DNA of 64,000 nucleotides from Patescibacteria group bacterium. GTDB taxonomy: Bacteria; Patescibacteriota; Microgenomatia; UBA12405. Position numbers and translations under genes: made by a program. The stretch's first letter is position 1. Every line of letters begins with the position of its first letter. The notes below the pieces were generated by a model, which worked only from the letters and a program-made list of their open reading frames with translations, ran no database searches and was not told the origin of the DNA. Where the stretch lies: the NCBI GenBank assembly GCA_023380755.1, contig JAMCSD010000006.1, forward strand, positions 188,735 through 252,734. Direction: 5' to 3'. Positions 53,517-61,442 of the stretch are shown here, one piece after another.

Positions 53517-55418
53517 ATGGATATTTTAGCCGGTCTCAATGATGCTCAACTGGCCGCGGTCACCCACACCGGTTCTCCGTTGTTACTTTTGGCTGGTGCC
53601 GGCTCTGGTAAAACCCGGGTCCTTACTCATCGGGCCGCCTGGTTTGTCAAAGAAGGTCACGCCCGACCATCCGAAATCCTTTTACTAACTTTCACTAACA
53701 AAGCTGCCGGTGAAATGAAAGAGCGGATGTCGAAACTTCTTTCATCGACTGACTATGATCTTCGGACTGAAAACCTTTTTGCTGGCACCTTCCACTCGTT
53801 TTGCTGCCGGATTTTAAGGATTGATGGCGCTCATTTGGGCATCGGACCCAATTTTGTCATTTATGATGAAAATGATCAGGAAAACATCGTCAAATCAATT
53901 ATCCTCGATATGGATTTAACCACCAAGGAATTCAAGCCCAGTTCCGTCATGTACTATATCGAAGCGGCCAAGAACAACAATCAATCTCCCGGTCTCGCCA
54001 AAGAAATGGCTCATGGTTTTTGGCAGGAAATCAGCGCTCGGATTTATGATAAATATCAAAAACGCCTCGCCGATCTTAATGCTCTCGATTTTAATGATCT
54101 CCTTTTCAAAACCGTTGAGCTTTTCATCCAGCATCCATCAATCTTAGAAAAATATCGCCAGCACTACCAACATATCTTAATTGACGAATATCAGGATACC
54201 AATCAGGTCCAATATATTCTGACGAAACTCTTAGCCCAAAAACACCGTCACATCACTGCCGTTGGGGATGCCTCGCAGGCCATTTATGGTTGGCGTGGCG
54301 CTAACTTCCGTAACCTCATTAGTTTCACTACCGACTTCGAGGGAACAAAAGTCATCAACCTCGAACAAAATTACCGTTCTACCCAAATTATTCTCGATGC
54401 CGCCAATGCAGTCATTACCAAGAACACTTCTCACCCCGTCCTTAAGCTGTACACCCACAAAAAATCCGCCGACAAAATCAAGATCTACGAAGCCGACTCC
54501 GAAATTGCCGAGGCTGATTTTATTGCCGACAAAATTAAATTCCTCACTGCCAATTTCCAAATTCCCTTACGCTCGATTGCCATTCTTTATCGCATGAACG
54601 CCCAATCCCGGGCGCTCGAAGAAAGTTTGCTTCGCCAGGGAATTCCTTATGTGCTGCTTGGCGGAACGCGCTTTTATGATCGGGCCGAAATCAAAGATAT
54701 TATTTCCCTGTTGCGGCTGGTCGTTAATCCCCAGGACAAGGTGGCCGAGGACCGGGTCGCTAAAGCTTTAGGTAAACGTAAAAAAACCCTCTTTGATGAC
54801 TACCTTAAAAATCTCGATACTAAGCCCCTCACCTCTCTGCAAATTTTGGAATCAGTTGTTGTCAATTCCGGCTACCTGGACAAGTTTGACCCCAAAGATG
54901 AAGATGATCAGCGCCGGATTGAAAACATTAAGGAACTAAAATCCGTGGCCACCACCCACACCGGCCTTAACGATTTTTTAGAAAATATCGCCCTGGTCCA
55001 AAATGAATATAGTGAACAGGAAAAGAGTAAAAAGGCCAAAGAAAATCGCGAGGGTGTCCGGCTCATGACACTTCATTCTTCCAAGGGTTTGGAGTTTGAA
55101 GTGGTTTTTTTGGTCGGTTTTGAAGAGGGGATTTTGCCTCACTCCCGCAGCTTAGTCGAAGAATCCGAAATCGAAGAAGAACGCCGCCTCTGTTATGTCG
55201 GCATTACTCGGGCCAAGGATTATCTGTTCATTACCTATGCTAAAGAGCGCCTTTATTTTGGCAAAAGCAGTCTTAACGAGCCCTCCCGTTTTATAAACGA
55301 TATCCCCAAAAATTTGCTCGAATATGAAAGTAGCGGTGAAGTCTTACACGACTACCGCCGCCATGCCGCCCCCCGCCATGATACTGATGATTTTGTCTAT
55401 GATCCTGATATATACTAA
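53517..55418 (+). CDS. pcrA: UvrD/PcrA-type ATP-dependent DNA helicase
   Basis: LNDAQLAAV, AGAGSGKTRVLT, DEYQDTN, VGDASQAIYGWRGA, NYRST, LHSSKGLEFEVVFL, EERRLCYVGITRAK. Confidence 0.95.
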   Translation: MDILAGLNDAQLAAVTHTGSPLLLLAGAGSGKTRVLTHRAAWFVKEGHARPSEILLLTFTNKAAGEMKERMSKLLSSTDYDLRTENLFAGTFHSFCCRILRIDGAHLGIGPNFVIYDENDQENIVKSIILDMDLTTKEFKPSSVMYYIEAAKNNNQSPGLAKEMAHGFWQEISARIYDKYQKRLADLNALDFNDLLFKTVELFIQHPSILEKYRQHYQHILIDEYQDTNQVQYILTKLLAQKHRHITAVGDASQAIYGWRGANFRNLISFTTDFEGTKVINLEQNYRSTQIILDAANAVITKNTSHPVLKLYTHKKSADKIKIYEADSEIAEADFIADKIKFLTANFQIPLRSIAILYRMNAQSRALEESLLRQGIPYVLLGGTRFYDRAEIKDIISLLRLVVNPQDKVAEDRVAKALGKRKKTLFDDYLKNLDTKPLTSLQILESVVVNSGYLDKFDPKDEDDQRRIENIKELKSVATTHTGLNDFLENIALVQNEYSEQEKSKKAKENREGVRLMTLHSSKGLEFEVVFLVGFEEGILPHSRSLVEESEIEEERRLCYVGITRAKDYLFITYAKERLYFGKSSLNEPSRFINDIPKNLLEYESSGEVLHDYRRHAAPRHDTDDFVYDPDIY

Positions 55419-55436
55419 CCAAAAAATCCTAATTAT

Positions 55437-55445
55437 TGCTACAAT
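55437..55445 (+). promoter_or_regulatory. Extended -10 element TGcTACAAT 6 nt upstream of the GTG at 55452; candidate leaderless promoter
   Basis: TG at 55437-55438, TACAAT at 55440-55445. Confidence 0.45.
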
Positions 55446-55451
55446 TCAATT

Positions 55452-56489
55452 GTGATTACCCGCACGCTTTACAACGAGGAAAAAGATCAATTTAACGCCG
55501 TTATTACTCATCCCATCCAGACTTGGGAGTGGGGGGATTTTTTAACCTCCCAGGGGCACAAAGTTTATCGATTAGGCGTTTTTGAAAATAAAAAAATAGT
55601 CGGCGGCTACAGCCTTAATTTTCATCAAATTCCCAAAACCAATTACACTATCGGCGTCTTCCAGCGCGGCCCCAAAGTTGACCAGGACATGATTAACAAC
55701 GTTACCAAAATTGCTAAAGATGAAAATGCCATTTTTGTTAAATTTGAGCCGGAAGTCATCCAAAAAACCTTCGATGAATTTAGCAACGAAACCAACCTTA
55801 ATGTCTCTATGGATTTTCCTAATTTAGTTATTTCCCCTAAAGTTGCCTTTTATCCTTATACCTATATCGTCGACCTCGCCCAAACCGAAGACGAGCTCCT
55901 GGAAGGCATGCACCAAAAAACCCGCTACAATATCAAGGTGGCCAACCGCCACAACGTCGAAGTTGTCGAAGCCACCAATGACCAGGGTTTTGAGGAATAT
56001 ATAAAACTTTTATTTGACACCACCAAGCGCCAGGGCTTTTATCTTCACACCGAAAAATACCATCGTGACCAATGGCGGATCCTAAAAAAAACTTCCATTC
56101 CGCATGTCATGTTGGCCAAATACAACGGTATTACTTTGTCGGCCTTTATGTTATTTGCACTAAAAGACCGCTTATTTTATCCTTATGGTGCCTCTCTTGA
56201 TATCCACCGGGAGACGATGGCCTCCACTCTCTTAATGTGGGAATCAATCCGCCTTGGCCAACGTCTTGGCTGCCGCTCCTTTGACCTATGGGGGAGCTTG
56301 GGTCCCTTTGCCAAAGAAGGGGAGAATGGCTACGGCTTTCACCGTTTTAAACAAGGGTTTGGTGGTCAGCTGGTTCAATTTGTCGGCACCTATGACCTGG
56401 TCATTAATCCTCCTCTTTATCAAATTTATAATTTAGTAGATAAATACCGCTGGAAATTGTTACGCCTAAAAGCTAAAATTCCTCATTAA
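55452..56489 (+). CDS. FemAB/FemX-family peptidoglycan interpeptide-bridge aminoacyltransferase
   Basis: HPIQTWEWGDF, KTRYNIKVA, YPYGASL. Length (345 aa) and layout are typical of FemX-like enzymes. Confidence 0.8.
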   Translation: MITRTLYNEEKDQFNAVITHPIQTWEWGDFLTSQGHKVYRLGVFENKKIVGGYSLNFHQIPKTNYTIGVFQRGPKVDQDMINNVTKIAKDENAIFVKFEPEVIQKTFDEFSNETNLNVSMDFPNLVISPKVAFYPYTYIVDLAQTEDELLEGMHQKTRYNIKVANRHNVEVVEATNDQGFEEYIKLLFDTTKRQGFYLHTEKYHRDQWRILKKTSIPHVMLAKYNGITLSAFMLFALKDRLFYPYGASLDIHRETMASTLLMWESIRLGQRLGCRSFDLWGSLGPFAKEGENGYGFHRFKQGFGGQLVQFVGTYDLVINPPLYQIYNLVDKYRWKLLRLKAKIPH

Positions 56490-56491
56490 TC

Positions 56492-56803
56492 ATGACTGAC
56501 TCCAAAAAACTTACTGCAGCCGAAGTTCAACATATAGCCCGCTTGGCCCGTTTGCCACTAAGTGATGACGAAATCAGTCGCTTGGCCGCCCAGTTATCGG
56601 AAACTACCAATTATATTAACGTTCTGCAGGAATTAAATACGACTGATATTCTCCCTACCGCCCAGGTTAATCATAAAAAAAATGTTTTCCGGTCGGATGA
56701 AATTCAACCCTCGCTGACTCAACAGCAAGCCTTATCTACTGCCAAAGATACCTTTGATGGCTTCTTTAAAACCGAAGCTACTATTACCAAAAACAATCAC
56801 TAA
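56492..56803 (+). CDS. gatC: Asp/Glu-tRNA amidotransferase subunit C
   Basis: VQHIARLARLPLSDDEISRLAAQLSETTNYINVLQEL. Confidence 0.9.
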   Translation: MTDSKKLTAAEVQHIARLARLPLSDDEISRLAAQLSETTNYINVLQELNTTDILPTAQVNHKKNVFRSDEIQPSLTQQQALSTAKDTFDGFFKTEATITKNNH

Positions 56804-56806
56804 CTC

Positions 56807-58198
56807 ATGGCCAATTTAAACGAACTTACTCTTACCCAGGCCCTAGTCGGCCTCAAGAATAAAGACTTTTCCGCCGCCGAGTTGGTGGCTGACTGTTTTA
56901 AACGGATTACCGTTGTCGAACCCCAGATTAGCGCCTTTGTCACTCTCAACCAAAAACAGGCTCTTAAAGATGCCCAGTCTGCCGATCTTTCCTTGCCTTT
57001 GGGGGGTATTCCCATCGCTGTCAAAGATAACTTTTTAACCGCCGGCTTGTGCACCACCGCCTCTTCGCAAGTTTTGGCTGGCTACCTTCCTCAATACACC
57101 GCTACCGTTATAAAACGACTCGAAGCTGCCGGGGCCATAATCATTGGTAAAACCAATCTCGATGCCTGGGCCCACGGTTCCTCGACCGAGACCTCTGATT
57201 TTGGTCCCACTAAAAATCCTTGGAATATCCACCATCTACCCGGCGGCTCTTCGGGTGGTTCGGCTGCGGCGGTTGTCGCCGGCGAGTGTATTGTCTCCGT
57301 CGGTTCCGAAACTGCCGGTTCCATCCGCCAGCCCTCAGCCTGGTCCGGCGCCACCGGTTTTAAGCCCACATATGGCCGCTGCTCCCGTTATGGGGTGATT
57401 GCCATGGCCTCTTCCACCGATTCCCCCGGTCCGATTGCTAAAAATATCGAAGATGCCGCCTTAATTCTCTCCCTCATGTCCGGGCGCGATCCCCATGACG
57501 CCACCAGTATTGATGAAGACTCCTGGAAAATACCATCCAAAATAACTAATCTAAAGGGCTTAAAACTCGGCCTGCCCACGGCCTATTTCCCCGCCAACAT
57601 TCAGCCCGAAGTCAAAGCTGCAGTGCTCAAGGCCGCCGAGACGCTCAAAGAATTGGGTGCCGAAATCATTGAACTCGACGTTCTTGATCCTAAATATGCC
57701 ATCGCCGTCTACACCATCCTTCAGCGTTCCGAAGTCTCTTCTAACTTAGCCCGTTACACCGGCTTACGTTACGGTGCGGACCGCTCATTTTTTGGCAAAG
57801 AAGCTAAACGCCGGATTATGCTGGGCACCTACGCCTTGTCCTCGGGCTATTACGACGCCTATTATCTCAAAGCCCAAAAGGTGCGGACGATGATCGTTAA
57901 CGATTTTGATAAACAATTTCAAAAAGTGGATGCCATTATCGGTCCAACCTCGCCCACCACCGCGTTACCTGTCGGTGCCAGTGAAGGCCAGGCAATGTTT
58001 GGCGAACTGGAAGATATGCTGATGGAGCCCTCTTCTTTGGCCGGACTTCCCGGCTCCTCGGTTCCCTGCGGCTTTGCTGACGGTCTGCCGATTGGACTGC
58101 AGATTACCGCCCCGCAAAAACGCGAGGACCTGGTTTATCAAATCTCCGAAATTTTCCAGGCCAATACCGATTTCCATTTACAAAAACCAAAACTATGA
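56807..58198 (+). CDS. gatA: Asp/Glu-tRNA amidotransferase subunit A
   Basis: Amidase signature GGSSGGSAAAV, IAVKDN, GSETAGSIRQPS. Confidence 0.97.
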   Translation: MANLNELTLTQALVGLKNKDFSAAELVADCFKRITVVEPQISAFVTLNQKQALKDAQSADLSLPLGGIPIAVKDNFLTAGLCTTASSQVLAGYLPQYTATVIKRLEAAGAIIIGKTNLDAWAHGSSTETSDFGPTKNPWNIHHLPGGSSGGSAAAVVAGECIVSVGSETAGSIRQPSAWSGATGFKPTYGRCSRYGVIAMASSTDSPGPIAKNIEDAALILSLMSGRDPHDATSIDEDSWKIPSKITNLKGLKLGLPTAYFPANIQPEVKAAVLKAAETLKELGAEIIELDVLDPKYAIAVYTILQRSEVSSNLARYTGLRYGADRSFFGKEAKRRIMLGTYALSSGYYDAYYLKAQKVRTMIVNDFDKQFQKVDAIIGPTSPTTALPVGASEGQAMFGELEDMLMEPSSLAGLPGSSVPCGFADGLPIGLQITAPQKREDLVYQISEIFQANTDFHLQKPKL

Positions 58199-58623
58199 AC
58201 ACGAAAGAACTCCTAAAACTACGACAGGAATTGATTACTTCCATTGATCAGTTTGCAGACAATGAAAAAAAAATATTTGATCAATGGTCTCTTAAAGATA
58301 TTATCGCTCATTTATCAGGTTGGAACTTAATCACTCTAACCGCACTTCACAACCTAAAGCTGGGTACTTTAACTCCATGGGGTAAGGGTGTTCAAGAAAT
58401 AAATAAGGAAAACGTTCAATCTCGCCTCTCGAAAACATGGCAGGAAGTTCGTCAAGAATTCATTGAGAGTAGTCAGAAATTACTCAGCGAATATGAAACT
58501 TTATCCGATGATTTGTCCACCAAATTCCTTTACCGAAATAAAAGATACACCCCATTAAAATTCTTACAAATTGATATTGATCACTACCGAGAACATTTAT
58601 ATAAAATTAAATCTTATTTATGA
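58195..58623 (+). CDS. DinB/ClbS-like four-helix-bundle protein inserted in the gat operon
   Basis: WSLKDIIAHLSGW and the C-terminal HYREHL are His-containing helices typical of the DinB/DUF1706 fold. ATGA overlaps at both ends (58195-58198 and 58620-58623). Confidence 0.5.
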   Translation: MNTKELLKLRQELITSIDQFADNEKKIFDQWSLKDIIAHLSGWNLITLTALHNLKLGTLTPWGKGVQEINKENVQSRLSKTWQEVRQEFIESSQKLLSEYETLSDDLSTKFLYRNKRYTPLKFLQIDIDHYREHLYKIKSYL

Positions 58624-60044
58624 AAATCACCCCCATCATCGGTCTCGAAACCCATGTCGAGCTCAAAACCAAATCCAAAATGTTCTGTGGTTGTGATGCC
58701 TCCCATTTCCATGCCGAGCCTAATACTCATACCTGTCCCGTTTGTTTAGGCCTTCCCGGGGCGCTGCCGGTTCCCAACCGTACTGCCTGTGAATGGGATA
58801 TTAAGCTTGGTCTCGCCCTTCATTGCTCGGTCAACCAATCCTCCTTTTTCGAACGGAAAAATTATTTTTACCCTGACTTGCCCAAAGGTTATCAAATCAC
58901 CCAATACCAAAAACCGTTTACCGTCAATGGTTATCTTGATGTTGATGGGGAAAGGATCCGCATCAACCGCGCCCACATGGAAGAAGACACCGGCAAGTCC
59001 CAGCACGTCACTCTGGATCTCCAGGAAATGACCCTTATCGATTACAACCGCTCCGGCGTGCCCCTGGTCGAGATCGTCACCGAACCCGATATCCACAGCA
59101 GTGCTATCGCCAAAAAATACCTCCTCAAACTGCAACAATTAATCCGTTATTTGGGTATTTCTGATGCCGATATTGAAAAGGGGAGTATGCGCTGCGAACC
59201 CACCGTCAATCTCCAAATTGACACCGATGACGGCCGGACTGTTTACACACCCTTAGCCGAAATCAAAAATGTCGCCTCTCTCACCGGCGCCGAAAGTGCC
59301 ATTGAATACGAGATCCAACGCCAGTTGGCAGAATGGCAAAAAAACTACGTTGAAAAATCAGCCACCAACAAAACCACCCGTGGTTGGGATGCCGAAAAAT
59401 CCGTCACCTTTTTACAGCGCGAAAAAGAGGGCAGTGCCGACTACCGTTATTTTCCCGAGCCCGACATTCCGCCAATGGAATTTTCTGCGGTCGAAATCGA
59501 AGCCATCCGGATCACCATTCCCGAGCTTCCCGAGGAAAAAATGGCTAAATACAAATCCTTGGGCTTGTCCGATTATGATGCCAATTTAATTGCCGATGAC
59601 ATCTTTATTGCCGGCATCTTCGAGCATATCTTAAATAACTCTTCGGACAAAGATTATGCTAAGTTTATCGCCAATATGCTCTTTGGGCCGTTGCGTACCG
59701 TTCAATTAGATCCCAAAAAAATTAATCGCGATTCCTTTAAAAAAATATTTGAAAATCGCCGTAATCTTAATTCCAATTCGATTAAACAGCTGCTTCTTGA
59801 TAGTTATCAGTCCGGTCAAGATCCGCTCACCCTTGCCGAAGAAAAGAATCTTCTTCAGGTTTCCGATACTTCCCAAATTGAAAAATTTGCCAAGCAGGTC
59901 ATTGAAGCCAACCCCAAAGCGGTGGCTGATTATCAAAAGAATCCCAACTCCATCGGCTTTTTAGTCGGCCAGCTAATGAAAGTTTCCGGCGGTGCCGCCA
60001 ATCCCCAGCTCGCTCGCGAAGTCTTGGAAAAACTGCTTAAATAA
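58620..60044 (+). CDS. gatB: Asp/Glu-tRNA amidotransferase subunit B
   Basis: IIGLETHVELKTKSKMFCGC, CPVCLGLPGALP, YFYPDLPKGYQITQ, NRSGVPLVEIV, and a C-terminal YqeY-like tail. Confidence 0.97.
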   Translation: MKITPIIGLETHVELKTKSKMFCGCDASHFHAEPNTHTCPVCLGLPGALPVPNRTACEWDIKLGLALHCSVNQSSFFERKNYFYPDLPKGYQITQYQKPFTVNGYLDVDGERIRINRAHMEEDTGKSQHVTLDLQEMTLIDYNRSGVPLVEIVTEPDIHSSAIAKKYLLKLQQLIRYLGISDADIEKGSMRCEPTVNLQIDTDDGRTVYTPLAEIKNVASLTGAESAIEYEIQRQLAEWQKNYVEKSATNKTTRGWDAEKSVTFLQREKEGSADYRYFPEPDIPPMEFSAVEIEAIRITIPELPEEKMAKYKSLGLSDYDANLIADDIFIAGIFEHILNNSSDKDYAKFIANMLFGPLRTVQLDPKKINRDSFKKIFENRRNLNSNSIKQLLLDSYQSGQDPLTLAEEKNLLQVSDTSQIEKFAKQVIEANPKAVADYQKNPNSIGFLVGQLMKVSGGAANPQLAREVLEKLLK

Positions 60045-60378
60045 TTTCCGGTTCACTTAAACTTTCCGGGTCTCCGGGTAGCGCTCTAATCTGCATCCGC
60101 CCAAATTCGATTGTATCCATTACCGTCTCCGCGTGGGCAGCCGCAACCAGCTTGGCCTTCCAGTTAACGAGTTGGCGGTTAATCAGGCTCATCGCCTGAG
60201 TCACCAAGGTAATCCTCGGCTCTCTTTTAGTTACCTCCAGTTGGGGATGGGCCAAAGCCTCCGCCTCGGCTATCTGAACATCCAAAGGTTTGTTCGACCC
60301 TTTAGTTTTCACCTGACTCGTCGCAAAATAATTACTCCAATCGACTGAATCGAGAACTGAACCCTCGATTTTATCCAT
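60037..60378 (-). CDS. Hypothetical protein
   Basis: 113-aa ORF. Its 3' end overlaps the gatB 3' end by 8 nt. No motif recognised. Confidence 0.4.
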   Translation of the reverse strand: MDKIEGSVLDSVDWSNYFATSQVKTKGSNKPLDVQIAEAEALAHPQLEVTKREPRITLVTQAMSLINRQLVNWKAKLVAAAHAETVMDTIEFGRMQIRALPGDPESLSEPEII

Positions 60379-60433
60379 GTAATTAGTATATCATCGATAC
60401 GCACCAAAGTCAATATTATAAGATATATTTTAT

Positions 60434-60784
60434 CTAACCTTTGGCAAACTCTACCTGCAACTTTTCTTCGTCCTGGTTCACCTTTTCCTGTTGCTTCTCA
60501 ATGTTCCTTAGGGCCTCTTTTAATTCCGGCTTTAACCTAAGGTCCAAGGTATTTGTCACCTCTGCCCATTGCAATAGTAAAAAGCGTTTCCGATTCTTTA
60601 TAGCTTCCCGAACATACCGCCACTGCATCATTCGGGTGAGCTGGTGCCACTCGGGAAAGTTGGCTAAAAACTCCGGATCATACTCACCCATGTCCACTGC
60701 TTTTTGCAGGGTCATAGTGTTGGCTATGCTGTGCCCCTTTTTCGGTTGGCTTTTCTCGAACTCATCGTCAAATTCTCCCCGCAT
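60434..60784 (-). CDS. Hypothetical protein
   Basis: 116-aa charged helical ORF. I preferred it to the antisense ORF 60441-60836, whose composition is Ser/Phe/Cys-rich and shadow-like. Confidence 0.45.
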   Translation of the reverse strand: MRGEFDDEFEKSQPKKGHSIANTMTLQKAVDMGEYDPEFLANFPEWHQLTRMMQWRYVREAIKNRKRFLLLQWAEVTNTLDLRLKPELKEALRNIEKQQEKVNQDEEKLQVEFAKG

Positions 60785-60830
60785 AGCTCTATTTTACGCC
60801 ATTCTGTTTACCAACTCTAAATACGAATCT

Positions 60831-60839
60831 TGTTAAAAT
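60831..60839 (+). promoter_or_regulatory. Extended -10 element TGtTAAAAT 6 nt upstream of the ATG at 60846; candidate leaderless promoter
   Basis: TG at 60831-60832, TAAAAT at 60834-60839. Confidence 0.45.
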
Positions 60840-60845
60840 TACCTG

Positions 60846-61442
60846 ATGGCAAATGAAAGCGAAATTACAGTTGGCATTATCCTTGGTCACGGTATCAGCC
60901 GCGATGGTAATCTGCCGCCTTTAGTCCTGCAACGGATTCGCAAGGCGGTGGAACTATACAAACAGGGGATTATCCACAAGCTTATCTTTTCCGGTAAATG
61001 GTCGTGGCGCTGCCGCTATACCCCGCCAATTACCGAGGCGGGAGCCGGTAAAATGGTCGCCGAAACTTTGGGTGTTCCCGAGAAAGATATTTATCTTGAA
61101 GAAGAATCCAACTCGACTATTTCTAACCTTTTTTTGGTCGAAGAAAAGATCCTCCTTCCCCACGGCTTCCGTCATTTGATCTTTATCAATGAGCCGCCTT
61201 TGGAGCCCCGCCTTAAGTTGGACACGGAAAAATGTTTAGGTGACAATTACACCATTTCTTTTGTCGATTCCGGTTATGTCTTTCCGGTTCGCGAATTGGC
61301 CGAAATCCAAAAAAAGGAGCAGGAAAAATATAATTACACCAAAAATTTATTTGACCATCTGGGCAACCTTCCCCACCTAAAAATCTACGAAGCCTTTGCC
61401 AAAGACCTAGCCGAAAACTTTATCAAAAAAATCAATGGCTAA
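60846..61442 (+). CDS. DUF218 (YdcF/SanA/ElyC-like) protein
   Basis: ILGHGISRDG...LQRIRKAVELYKQG...LIFSG matches the DUF218 core. Confidence 0.75.
   Translation: MANESEITVGIILGHGISRDGNLPPLVLQRIRKAVELYKQGIIHKLIFSGKWSWRCRYTPPITEAGAGKMVAETLGVPEKDIYLEEESNSTISNLFLVEEKILLPHGFRHLIFINEPPLEPRLKLDTEKCLGDNYTISFVDSGYVFPVRELAEIQKKEQEKYNYTKNLFDHLGNLPHLKIYEAFAKDLAENFIKKING

Noticed and set aside
60441-60836. 131-aa plus-strand ORF antisense to 60434-60784
   Set aside because: Its Ser/Phe/Cys-rich composition looks like a shadow, whereas the minus-strand product is a balanced, charged helical protein. Confidence in either is still only moderate.
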